Assembly (NCBI GenBank): GCA_002104945.1
Contig: MCFH01000057.1
Span: forward strand, 284,584-348,583
Direction of reading: 5' to 3'
Length of the DNA: 64,000 nucleotides
Source: Piromyces finnis finn
Lineage: Eukaryota; Fungi; Neocallimastigomycota
Positions 24,211 to 38,097 of this stretch are shown here, one piece after another. The translations under genes and the position numbers were made by a program. The notes under the pieces were generated by a model, which was not told the DNA's origin, did not search any database, and worked only from the letters and a program-made list of their open reading frames with translations. How positions within the stretch are numbered: position 1 is the first letter of the stretch; every line of letters begins with the position of its first letter.

Positions 24211-26990
24211 TTAGTTATTTGAGGAAAGTCGGAATACACGAACACAATTTGTACTACAAAATTTTTTATCCATAACATTAAATGGAACTTGACCAGGAGC
24301 AAATGGTTTTTCACACATGAAACAACATGGACCATTACTACTAGTAGCACCTTTTGATGAAGATTTTTTTTCTTCTTCTTGCTTAACAAATAAAGCTGCT
24401 GTGGAAGAAGTAACACCACCAGAAACACTAGAAGCTTTAAGACGATTCATAGCAGCTTGAGCTCTCTTTTCACGATCAAGTCGTTGACGCATTTCTAAAC
24501 TCATACCAAAAGTATTTAAAGTGGATTGTCCTAATTTTTTAAGGACACTCTTTGATCCACTTGGTTTTTTAGGGGCTTCTTCTTCTGTATTACTTTCTTC
24601 TGCTGTATCGTTGGCAGATGAAGATGTTGTAGCAGCTTTACTTGCTTGCTTCTTTTTTTGAGATTGAATACGACGTTTTTTGTCGGTTTTCTTTTTTTGT
24701 TTCTTACGTGAAGCTTCCTCTTCCATTTCTGGTGAAAGGAAGGATGTAATATGAGCATCTTGATAATTCCATTGATCTTGATGACGATAGTAATAACGAC
24801 GGAAAGTATTTCGAGTTTCTTTATCCAATGCCATATCATAGGCTGTCATATTCATTAACATATTAAATTTCTTTAATACTGAACTTTCGGATTTAATATG
24901 GGTATTCAAATTAACTTTACCAGTATACGTATCACCTTCTTTTAATCTTATGGTTGGATCTGCACCAATTTCTAATAAATAATCTACCATTTCGGATTGA
25001 CCATTGGCTGAAGCAATATGAAGTAAGGTAATTCCTTCTATATCATTGTAAAAAGGTTCATTCAATTGAATTGACGTTGAACCTGAGAATTGCTTCTTAA
25101 ACATATCAATTAAACCCTTTTTACATAAATATTTTAATTTAGAAAGTTCTTCTTCTTTAACATCTACTTCTTCATCTAAACCACCTTCTTCATCATCTGT
25201 ATTCTGTTTACTTTTATTGCCCGAACCATTTTTTTTATTATTCTTTTTTCTACCAGCACTATCCTTATTTTTAGATTTTTGTTGATGTGTTGTAGATTGA
25301 TCTTCTTCATCCTTAACTTTATTAAGTTTGACATCATCAATATCTTTTACATAAGTTGTTGATAATCTTTCAAAAATAGTTGATAATTCAGAAAGGGTTG
25401 GACGACCTGTAGTAAATGGAATATTTCTAATTCTTGGATCATCCATAGTTAAAGCATCTGTACTATTAATAATTAATTTTCTATTGGTATTTGAGGTATG
25501 AATTAAAACTAAATCTGATGCTTTAACATAATCCTTCCATTCATTCATAACTTCTTTTACTTCCTATAAAATATTAATTAGATATTATATTAAAAAATAA
25601 ATAAATATTTTATTACTCTATGATACATAAAAATCAACTTATTGCTATATACATTACTTGTTCAATCATTTGTTCATTATATCTTCTTAAATTAGCACCT
25701 GCAGATTTTGCCTTTCCTTTAGCATTATCATTACTAGCTTGACTACCACCTTGCTTTCTTCTTGTGGTATATCTATAAAGAAACAAAAAAAAAAAAAAAA
25801 AAATAAATAAATAAATAAAATTTAAATAACATTACTCATTTATGTTTATATATTTACTTCCTACTATTCTCTTATCACATTATTATTGTTATTGTATACA
25901 ATACCTGTGGAAAGTTTTTTTAGCAACCATACGACCAGTTAAACAATCAACAACACCACCAGCAAAATGACCAGAAGATAATAAGATAATAGTCCAATAA
26001 AATGGTTTACCTTCCCAGTTACTTTTTTGAAGAGCATGAAGACGAGCCATAATTTCTTTTTCAGAAATAGAAATTTCACCACGAGTTTGTTGGAAATAAA
26101 GAACAGATTTATATATTAATAATACTTTACTAAAGTCCATTTCTAAAGCAACTAATGGTTGGTCTTTAGTAAGATAAGCAGCTTGACCCTTATCACTACT
26201 CTTAACTTTAGTACCTTCTTCTTGATATAAACTTGAACCGTCACTATCTGAACATTGTGAATCTTTTATTTGCACCATTATTATCAATAAATATTATAGT
26301 GTTGAAAATAAATAATATTTAGTATTTATGATTTATTTTATCATTTTGTATATATAAAAAGGAAATGAAAATTGGCTATCTTTTGAAGTTCAAAATGAAA
26401 TTTTAAATTATTATGATTGAATTACCATCTAAACTAATTTTACTATTAAATTCTTCATCACTTATTTCTTCGTTATTTATAGATTTTAAAATGTTTTTTA
26501 TGTGTTGTTCAGAATGACAATGCTTTAAATAATGAGTAATTGATAAATTAAAAAATTATAATAATAAAGAAAAAAAAAAAAATTAATAAAAATTATAATA
26601 AAAAATTGTAATTTTTTTTTTTTTTTTAAATCATTTAATTTCTAAGAATTCAAATTTTAAATAAATATATAATTTTTAACGCTCATGGTTATAAGCATTA
26701 ATATATTTATATATAAAAATTACATCTCTTAATTCCTGATCGTTATTGAAAGAAAGTTTACACTTGTTACACCTAAAATTTTTTCTACTTTCTGAATGTG
26801 AGGAATCTTCTATAGAATCAATATCCGATTCATCTTCGGAAACTAATTTATTAATTGTTGGAAGTGAATTTGAATTTATGATTTCAATTTGTTCACTATA
26901 AATTTTTAAAGATTCAAGAATTTCTTGAGGAAGACTAAATAATGAATATGTTTCTTCTTTTGTATTTTGAATTTTTTTTGATGAATCCAT
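24211..26990 (-). CDS. VMS1: Vms1/ANKZF1 peptidyl-tRNA release endonuclease (C2H2 finger, VLRF1 domain, ankyrin repeat, C-terminal treble clef)
   Basis: Multi-exon. C-x2-C finger at ~26770. SGHFAGGVVD...KKTFHRY|TTRRKQGGSQASNDNAKGKAKSAGANLRRYNE across exons at ~25658-25960. Ankyrin TLLHIASANGQSEMVDYLLEIGADP. C-terminal CFMCEKPF...FCSTNC. Confidence 0.92.
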
Positions 26991-27630
26991 TTTAAATATT
27001 TATCAATTTCTTTGTTAAAATTATTTTAATTAGAAAAAGTTGTTTTCGCTATTTATTTTTATTGTTTATGGTATATATTAGTTTTTAAGTTATATATATA
27101 TTGTTGTTGTTGCTGTTGTTATAATTGTGTAATAATAATTGTTTTAAATGTAACAATAATACAAATAAAAATATACAATTTGAAAAATATAATTGAAAGA
27201 AAACGATAAATTATAAATAAAAATTATGTATATATTCGGTTTAAAGGTTTTTACATATAAAAAATATTATAAAACCTATGTTATATTCCAATGTTTTATA
27301 CTATATTATAAATTTATCCTTTTCAATTTTTCAATTTCTATTTTATTTTTTTTTTTTTTTTTTTTTTATTATTGAAATCTAACCAATAAAAAATTTAATT
27401 TTAAAATAAAATAAATCTTTTTAACTTTATCAAAAAAATGAATTTTAAATATTTCAAAACTGGTTCTATAATGTAATTAATTATATAGTATTATTTAAAA
27501 GTATTAACTCTATTTTTTAATTATTATATTTTGCTAAAATAAATATATTTTTATGCTATAACAATATTAATAATATCTATTCTCATAACTAGCTTTTTTT
27601 TATTTCTTATTTTTCTTCCATACCACCACA

Positions 27631-27672
<42 letters not shown>

Positions 27673-27985
27673 AATTAAATGTGGTACAAATAAATATCCA
27701 AAAACTTTGAGTTTAAAAAACGGTAAAAAACTATTTCATTATTCATTGATATATAATTTTCTTTAAAAGCTTGTAAATAAAGATAGGGAATAAAAAGACC
27801 AATATTTTAATTTTTTTTTATTATTATTATTATTTATTTAATAATAATAATATAACAATATATTATTTTTAATAATATTGCCATAAATATACCTATTTTG
27901 CTTTTTATATGGTTCATAATAAAAGTATGTAATATTTGATAAATCCTAAACTTTTTATTCATAAATTCATTCATTATAAAAAAAA

Positions 27986-28018
<33 letters not shown>

Positions 28019-28426
28019 TTTTTCATTTCAATATCATTATATAATGGAATGATATTGAAATATCTTTGTTATTTTATTCTTTCTATTATTTACTTTTAGT
28101 TATCTTTGTTATTTTATTCCTTCTACTATTTACTTTTAGTTATTTGTTGTATTTTTAATGCAACTTTTGTTTTTAAGGCATTAAATGAATCTTTCTAAAG
28201 CCTGCAATGTGTGAATACACTTACAGAAATTTTAAATTTTTGGTCTTATCAACAGCAGAAAACTAAAATAAAAATAAAATATAAATAGATAAATAGATAG
28301 ATAGACAATACTATAATTTATTAAAGAATATTTCAAATAATAAAAATAAAATAATTAAAAATAAAAATTAAGAAATTGTTCTCAATTTCATTAGGCCTAT
28401 TAGTATATATCAAGTATAAAAAAAAT

Positions 28427-28498
28427 TGCCAACTGACGGAATTGAACCACCGACCTTCGCTTTACAAGAGCGACGCTCTACCACTAAGCCAAGCTGGC
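28427..28498 (-). tRNA. tRNA-Thr(UGU)
   Basis: 72-nt cloverleaf on the minus strand, identical to 54919-54990; anticodon arm TCGCT CT TGT AA AGCGA. Confidence 0.95.
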
Positions 28499-28504
28499 AA
28501 TAAA

Positions 28505-28597
28505 TGCTCATGGCGGGGGTCGAACCCGCGATCTTCGCGTTGCATAAGAGGATCACCCTTATAAGCACGACGCCTTAAACCTCTAGGCTACACGAGC
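28505..28597 (-). tRNA. tRNA-Ile(UAU) with 19-nt intron
   Basis: 93 nt, identical to 54820-54912; acceptor stem GCTCGTG/CATGAGC; anticodon CT TAT A followed by intron AGGGTGATCCTCTTATGCA. Confidence 0.92.
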
Positions 28598-31500
28598 ATC
28601 TTGTTGATTTCAATGTTAAGGAATGAACATAAATAGTTGAATTAGCTAGAATTTTAGGAATTAATGTGAAGATATTAACTGGATTTAAAACAAATTCAGA
28701 TAATATCTATAATTAATTAAACATAATAATTATAATTAAATAATTTCAATAATTATTTTAAAACACTTTTAAAAGTCACCTTTTAAATTTTGATTCAGTG
28801 AAAGGGTTATGATTTCAAAAATTTAATATCAATATACTATAACCCTTAACCAAAAATAAGCAAGTACGAAATAAGGTGTAACTCGCCAAAAACGATCGCT
28901 ACGGTGATGAAACTAGGTTTATTGGAAAGCTTAGGAAGAAAGCTACAATTTGGTACAATCGCGGTCCTTCTAACTGATCATTTAAGGAAGTTATGATCAT
29001 TTAAAGATTTTATTAGGTAAATTAAAATCAATATGATATCAAGTATGGATCATAAATATTTCTTATGACTTGATGAAATTAAAAATATATCAATAGGAAT
29101 TTTAGTTATATTAATTTAATTAATGATAACGATTGTTACTAAAAATAGAACTAGACCCATTTAGGTGTAACAGTTAATACCTATAAATTAAATAATCTTA
29201 ATTATTATAAAATAGGTTAACGGCAAGTTTTATTAGAAATAATTTTGAAAATAATAATTATTTAGTTATAACAAATATGTTATGGTAATATCAATTAATA
29301 ATGATGAATTATTAATTGAATAGTTTTTATAATTACTAATTAGGATCAACTGTTTAAATGATTAATCATATGTTTATTTTATTTTATGTCATGACAAACA
29401 AACAAACAAACAAACAAACAATCTTATTACTTATTTAATTATATTACTAATATATTACATGTAATACTTTATTCTTATTAATATCAATTTAATAATCTGA
29501 ACAAAGAATATAAAAGAGAATGAATTGAATTCGATTTTAATTCTTTGTAAAGATTATAGTTATAATCTTAATTATATAGTTACTTATAATATCATTTATA
29601 TTATTATTAAATAAATAAAAAAATTTATAAAAAGTTATTTTAAAGTAAATATAAATTTTTCATTTTTCATTTGGGAGTTTAAGGTGTTATTTTATAATTA
29701 AATTTAATTTCTTAAAAAACATTTTTACTATATAATTAATAACATTCTGACCTGGCCGCATAACCAAACCCAAAAACTTAACAATTAACCTTCAACTATT
29801 TATATTCCTTACTAGTGTTTAACTCTATTTTTAAAATATAAAAATTATAATATATAATTTTTATACATTTTTCTAGTAATTATTAATATTTTTATTATAT
29901 AGTTATATTATTTGTATATAGTTATTTAAGACCTTTATTATTAGTATTAGTATAATTACTTATAATATTTTATACTTATAAATTTTACAAAATTTTACTA
30001 TTAAAATAATTATAGGTATTTTATTATTATTTAAGGTTTATTTTATTAATTAACCTTATTGTATAATATTTTATAATTTGAAATTATGACATAGAATTTA
30101 ATTATAATTTTTACTAAAAGAGGCAACTGTTACACACAAAACAGAAGATACCTCGACAGAAAAATTATTATTTATGTCTAAAAAAGGGCATAATTAATTG
30201 AATAATATAATTTTATTATATGTCATAATTAAATATATAATATATGATATGCAAAAATGTTACACATATCATAAATTAAAATTTTATTAATTATAAATTA
30301 AAAAATTTTTCTATTCAAATATTAAGAGATTATTCATAATATATATTAAGGATTTAATTAATATATGTTACAGTGAATGATCCATATATTATGAATGAAA
30401 TCAATTTAAATCCTTAGCTATCCAAAACCATTAAATTTCAAATAATGGATAGTTGGAAAAAGTACGAGGATTTTTGAGAAAAAATTTTAAAAATTGAAAA
30501 ATCAAAAATAAATTAAATGAATAAAAATTAAAATTAAATAAATTTTTATTTTTATAACTATTCAAGTGTTTTGTGATATCTTATTTGAACCGTAGCATCA
30601 AAATTGGTTCCGATAATCTTTAATTTGATATCATAATTGGAACAACTTCAAGGGTTATCTCTTAATTATTAATTAACATCCATAATTATTCATATATTAT
30701 AACAACTAATATTATTTGCAAATTTTAAAAAACTGTAACATTAATCATTTTATAATAGAAAAGATTACAAAAATATTAATATCATATGATAGGAACTTTA
30801 CAGCTTGAAAAATTAAATCAAACATATTAAAACAATTATAAATTTATTTAATAAATAATTTTACTTGAGTTTGAAACTAGATTATCAGTTTTTTATTTCG
30901 GACAAAAAGAGAGTATATTTTTATGGACCAAATATTAAGTAAAATAAATGCAATATTAAAACTACAAAAATTAAATCAAAAAAGCACTTTCTCTAACATT
31001 CCAAAATAATTAATAATTAGTTTTCATTTTTAATAATAAATAATATATTTATCAGTGAGAATTTGTCCTCAATCTTTTTCAGAAGTCTAACAAATAATAT
31101 GCGTACATCATATAAATATATTATTTTATTATTAAAAATAAAAAACGTAATACTTAAATTTAAATTATAAATTTAATATCTTTCTTTATTTTTATATATA
31201 TTTTAAAACTAAATTGTTTTTAATTGTATATTAATAAATACTATTAAAATTTTATTTTCTGTTTATTTTCTCTTTAGTTTTATTCCTTCTTGGCAACATA
31301 TTGACTACCACGAACAAAGAGAAATATTTCGTAATAGCTTCGATAGTGCCTTTCTCCAAATTTTCAGAAATAATATATTTATTATTTTATATTTTATAAT
31401 AAATTATTATTTCTTCTTTTTTATTACTTTCTTTTTCCTATGTTTTAAAATACTTTGAAACTAGATAAAAAAACTAGAGAGAATAAATAACATGGAAATA

Positions 31501-34175
31501 GAAAATTTTGTTTTTAAGATTAGGAAATATATATAACCAATCAGAGAGTTCTAAAATATAGCCACGATTATTCATTTGTATGCATTGTATACGATAGTTA
31601 TTGATGATGTATTTAAAATGTAATAGTGTAATTTGTAAAAGGTATTACAGAAATAAATTTCATAAGGATTAGATTTTATTAAAAAACCATTATAAATGAC
31701 TTTTAATGATTTGTTTTATATCAAGATTTTATTATCGAATTCATTAAATATTACTAGAAATCTCTACTATACTGCACATTTAGTCAAAAAGAAAATCTTA
31801 TCAAAAAATACTTATTCCTGCATTTAATGTTATATTTAAAGTTTACAATTTATTTATTCATTTTTTATTAATTAATTATGGTTGAAACATCATTAACTTC
31901 TTCTTCTTCTAGGAATTATATATAATTATATATAATTTTTATATATTAGAATATAATAAACTATACTTTGGATTTCAAAATCATGCAGAAGTTGAATAAA
32001 GTACGATATCATATATAATTTATTTATTTGAAAATGAGCAAGTTTTTTATGAATACCTTTTTTTTTTTAAAAAAAATAAAATAATATCAATTTATTTATT
32101 GAAAAAATTAATTTATATAAAAATAGTATTATTATAGAATTTTAAGATGCTTAATTAAAAAAGATTATTTAAACTCCTCTTTTAGTATTACTAAAAACAG
32201 ATTTTATTCATTATAATATAAAATATAATAATTTAATAATTACCTACCTATTCCTTTAAAAAGGAAGAATTTATATGTACATAAAGATGTCTTTCCATTA
32301 AACTAAAAAGCTATGAAAAAATAAAACAGTTTTTAAAGTTATTTGTAGGGTTAGGATATATCATTAACCCATAAAGTTTTAAATACGCTCTAATAAATCA
32401 TTACATGACATTTCAAGTTAAAAAATATTTATTGATCTATTCCTTATTTATTCCTATGAACCATGCTTTAATCAATGCATCTATTATTTATTTTTTTAAG
32501 TATATTCCTTTTTTTTTTTTTTCTAATATTATAATTGAAATGCCTCTTTCATTTTCACTTGATTTTTTCTTTTTTAGGGGATTTTCATATATTACAATAT
32601 AATAAATATGGAATGGATACTAATAATTAATAAAATAAAATAATATAAAGTGATTTAAAAATTTTTAAAAAAAAATAGAAATTAAAATTTGTAATATATA
32701 AAATTTATATATTATAGTATATTTAATTTAAATTAAAAAATAAATCAAATTGTAAAATTAAAATTACACAAAAAATAAAAACAGTATTTAAAAAAAAAGA
32801 AAAGGATTGAAAATTTAATAAATAATAATAATAAAGATTATATTAATAAATATTAATAAAAATAGAGAATATTATATATAATAATATTATAATTATAATT
32901 TTTGAATAACTAATAAAACAATATATAAAGCCAAACTGATCATCATCATCATAATAAAAATTATTATAAACAGATTGACTTTTTTTTTTTTTTTCTTTTT
33001 AATAAAAACATCTTAATTTCAATTCAATGTTGAATACTAAATTATTATAGATGCAAATTTAACATTGACATTTTATTATTTAATAATATTATATATATTA
33101 AATTTTTGATAAAAGTATTCACTTTTAACAAAGACAAATTTATATTCAGTAATATAATAGCATTAATAGTAGTAATATATTAATACATACACCTTAGTTT
33201 TTATAATTGTTATTTATAAAAAGCAATTTGGCAAATATATATATTTGTATATTAAGTAAAAAAAAAAATTATTTTTTTAAAATATTACTTCATTATCAAA
33301 GAATATATTTTTATTTAATAATAATAATTATATATAGCACTATATCCATTTAAAGTATTCACTTTTTAACAAGAACAAATAAATATCCAAAAAATATAAT
33401 ATAAATAGCAGTAGTATATTAATACCCGTGCTTTTATTTATTTATAAAAAACTATTAAATGTATATTTAATTAAAAAGAATATTGTTTTTAGAGCATATT
33501 TCTTTACTATTAATTTTATTATTCTATTTAACTAGTTCGTCATATAACAAAGACAAGCAACAATAATACATTAATAATATACACTAAGGACTTTTTAATA
33601 CAAATGAATAATTTATACAAGTGTTTTTATATATACTCTCGTTATTTCTTTATGAACTAAATTTTTAAAAATAAATTTAACAACAAAATTGAAGACTCTA
33701 CCTACATAAAAATATTTTTTATAGGATACTGGAATATTATTCCATATTATATAATTTATATAATATTATAATAATATACTATTTATTACACTATACTGTT
33801 TTTTGTAAATATTTTCACCATTCCGCATTTTACTCAATATTAAAAAACAATTAAAGTTTTGGTTTGAAATTATATTAGTAATTAATAAATATATATTTTT
33901 CAAGGATATATATATATACTATTTTAAATTTTAAAATACCTATAAATATTTTATACCATTTAAATATATATATATATATTTAAAATACTTTTAATAATTC
34001 CATAATTTATATATATAATTCTTTAAAAAAGATTTTAGTAAATATATAATTTAGAGTTTATTATTAAACAATATTCTTTAAAGAAAATTTCAAATCTTAA
34101 CATTTCATACATTCATATATTTATTTTATTTCTGAAAACAAATAAATAAACGGGAATAATAATATTTTTAATAAA

Positions 34176-36765
34176 ATGAAAAATAAGGAAGAGTGGGAAA
34201 CTTATTATTCCGATGAAGAAGATTATAATGAAAATATGAAAAATTTAAATATAGAATCAAATGATAATGAAAAAGGAAAAAATGTATCAGAGAATAAAAC
34301 TAATCAACATGAAATAATTGAACAATACGATAGTGAGAGTGTAGTTGAAGAGGAACAATCATTTGATGAAAGTAGTATTACAAACTATAGTATTGACTAT
34401 AGTATGATATCCGATATGAACGATTTTTCTTTTTTAAATGGTCAAAATTTGTCTTTAATATTAAATAATACTAATGCTGGAAATACCTTAGAAGACGAAA
34501 TTAATGATGCTATTGATAAAGAATATTTGATTAATCCAGAAACTTCATTGATTGCTAAAACTTTCTTTAATTCAAATGATGAAACAGATTTATCCTCACT
34601 TTTACCAGAATTTATTAAGAATAATAAAACCATTGAAACGGTAAAACCTACAGAAGATAAAACGGAGACGGAAATAAATACAGAAGAAAAAACGGAAGAA
34701 TCATCAGTAGAAATATCAGAAGAAAAAACGGAAAATCCAGAGCTAAGTAGTACAGAGGATATAAATACTGAATCAAATACAATGTTTATTAATCGTGTTT
34801 CTTCTTTTCCAATTGTTCAACAATCTGTTCAAGCCATTAAAAGTACTACTATTGGTAATTTTGCCGATAAAACTTTAAGAAGAGTAGCAAGTACTCGTTT
34901 ACCAGTTATTTCAGTACCAAAGTTAACAAATATTCCAAAAATGGTTGGTATCAATAAAGATAGCGAAGAAGAGAAAAAAGAAATGGCTGATTCTCATCCA
35001 AATGGCATTACTATAGAAGATATGACAAAAGTAAGTACCCCTTTATACTGTTGAATTTTGCTATTGAAATATACATAATTAAAAAAGCTTTTTTTAATGA
35101 CAAATTTTATCATGTTATATTTTGTTGTTATTTTATAGAATATTCCAGGACTTGCTACTATGAATAGTATTGGTTGTAAGACATTGGATAAACTTGAAGA
35201 AAAGTGAGTGGAATTAGTAAAAAAAAAAAAAATTATATATTTAAAATTTAATGATACTATTGCTAGATAATATTAATATTTTTAATATAACTATTATAAT
35301 TATCATTGTCATCTATCATCATCATCATCTTTGTACCATTCTTTTTTTCTCTTTTCTAAATATAGTTTCCCAATGATTAATGATCCTAAATTATTAGAAA
35401 AAATTCTTAATCGTATAGAAGAGTTAAAAGAAATTGGTGAAAATACTGCCGTCGTTCAGTCTTCATTAAATTCTTTACAAAATGTTCAAAATCGATTAAC
35501 TCGTTATAATTCTGTTATTGTTAAGAAGGATCACACTAATCAACTTGACAAAAATACACCTTCAATAAAGCATAGACATAGTTATTCAGAATCATCTACA
35601 ACTAAAGTGAAAGCAGCCACTACTACTATTCATAATAAACATTTTATGACAACTTCTACATACCAAAGTACTACCACCTCAACATCAAAAACTGCATTTG
35701 AAACTAATAATTGCTGTTGTTGTCATTGTCATTGTCATGAAAAACATAATACAACTAATTCTATAAATACCCAAAAAGTTAAAATGCAGCAAAAAAGTAA
35801 GATTTAATCAATTTATATATATATAAAATTCAAAAAATTTTCATTTGTAAATATATATCTATCTGTATCTATAAATGTTTTCAGTTATAATTAATTATGA
35901 TTCAAGTAATTAAAATTATTTAATAATGTAAATTATACATATATAAAAATAATTTCAAATAGAAGGCTTTTTTAGTATGTTAAATAAAAGACGTGACGAA
36001 TATCCACAGCAGAAGCCCGAAAAAGCAAAGTTTTTTTTAAGACGTAGTCAAAAACCAATTGCTTTTAAAGAAATCACTTCAATTCGATCCAATTTACAAA
36101 ATAATATTAATTCTATTCCTTCAATGATGTATAGTCATATTTCAAATGTTCTCACAACCATTGAGAAAAAATTATTAAATTCTACAGAATTAGAAAAAGA
36201 AATTCGTACTAAAATTGAACATCAACAAAATAGTCAAGATAGTATTGGAGATCAATCTAATTTCATTTTAAATGATATAAGTAGAATTTCATCAGATCCA
36301 AATGATATAATCACACCATCTTCGACAGAATCCACTTCAATTATAACAACTACAGCTACAACTACTTCAACTATCACTTCAACAATAATTACCGATAGAA
36401 ATAGTCAAAGCGAAGCATCTTCTTTACCTCCATATCAACATTACCGTATGACATCTGTTTCTGATTCTGAAACAGAAGGTACTGTATACAATCCATCTGT
36501 TAATTCACCTGCTTACACACCATCATCTTCATTATCTATGATAAATACTTCTTCAGTTATGGTCAATTCATCAAAACCAATTATTGAAATAAAAGATAAT
36601 GATCCTTCACAGATTAATATTAATATAAATGGTGATGGAGCTCATGTTCACGATTTATATTCATTTTTAGAAGAAGTTAACAAGTTATTAACTATTTATT
36701 TAGTTACAAGAAAAAAAACTGATCAAAATGATCAAGATACATCCATTAGTTTGGAAAATCAATAA
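34176..36765 (+). CDS. Multi-exon protein with an Opi1/perilipin-like helical segment, acidic N-terminus and Ser/Thr-rich C-terminus
   Basis: Exons about 34176-35030, 35140-35203, 35364-35786, ~35962-36765. FINRVSSFPIVQQSV... and NSIGCKTLDKLEEKFPMINDP resemble RVssLPlV...ACkgLDrlEerlP, seen in fungal Opi1 and perilipin N-termini. Family assignment is uncertain. Confidence 0.45.
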
Positions 36766-37561
36766 AGAGTAATTGGATTATTAAATCTAATATATATATA
36801 TATATTTTTTTTTTTTGCTTATTTATTTCATTATATTATCCATAGTACATCTATTAAATTAATCATACTCTATTCAATTTAAATTTACATATCTATTACT
36901 ATTCACTTGAATAAATTAAACTATAATTATTAGTAATATATTTAAATAGGCATCGTAGTAGTAACATTAAAAAAAAGTTATAGTAAAAATCTTTATATTT
37001 TTTTTTTTCTTTTTTTACTAAAAAATAAAATAATAATCTATTAATAAAAAGGTTAAAAAAATAAAATATATATACAAATGTTAAAATATAATTTTCCTTT
37101 AAATATTATTAATTTTATTAAACGAGGTATAAAAAATATACTTTTAATTTTTATAATTCATTAAAAAATATTATAAAATTGATTATAAAGGCTTTCTTCA
37201 AAACCAAATTGTATAAATTATATAAATTGTATAAATTATATAATTTTATATAATACTTATTATATTTCTTTTATTTGAATAGCACAAAAAAGGAACATAT
37301 ATAACAAATTCATTAAGGTTATTGTATGTCAACACTAAAAACTTTATTATTATTGTAACGATCACATAATTCATCAAAAGTTTTGTCATTAAAGTTTAAA
37401 AACATTAAGGTTTATTGAAATTTCGTTGAATAATACGAAATATTGATTAAATAAATGAATAAAAAATATGAATGAGAAATATAATATTTTGTATATCTTA
37501 TATTTTATATACGATATTAATTATATAAACTATTCTTTTCTTTATTTCATTCATTTATAAT

Positions 37562-37595
<34 letters not shown>

Positions 37596-38097
37596 TAATC
37601 AAAGTATCTTTTTCTATTTTTAAAAGTGTAAAATTCTCTAACCCTTTTTTTTTTTTTTATTTATCATTATTAATTAAATTTTAGTAATTTTTAAAATTTT
37701 AATAATAAATAAAAAAGAGGATAATACAAAGAAAAAAAAAAATTTAAATAATAAATCCTTTATTTATTTTTTTTTTTTTTTTTCGTTTTTTCATAAAAAT
37801 TTTTTTATATATACTATTTAGAAAATAGAGATGTTTAATCCACATTTTAAAATTATAATATAAGAAACAGTATTTTATTCTCTATTTTTACGAACTATTA
37901 ACTTTTTTTTTTTATAGATAAAGAAGGAACTTGTTATATATATATTTGTTTTTTATATATAAAAAAAAAAAAGAAATATATTTTCATTGAGAAATTCGTC
38001 AATATTTAATTAATTATATTTGTCAATGCTATAAAAATTCATCAAATATATATAGATATTTTATTTATTTTTGCACTTATTTATAATGATAGTTACA

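Noticed and set aside
28064-28160. ~40-bp tandem repeat, 2.5 copies
   Set aside because: Ordinary low-complexity slippage repeat with no associated signal.
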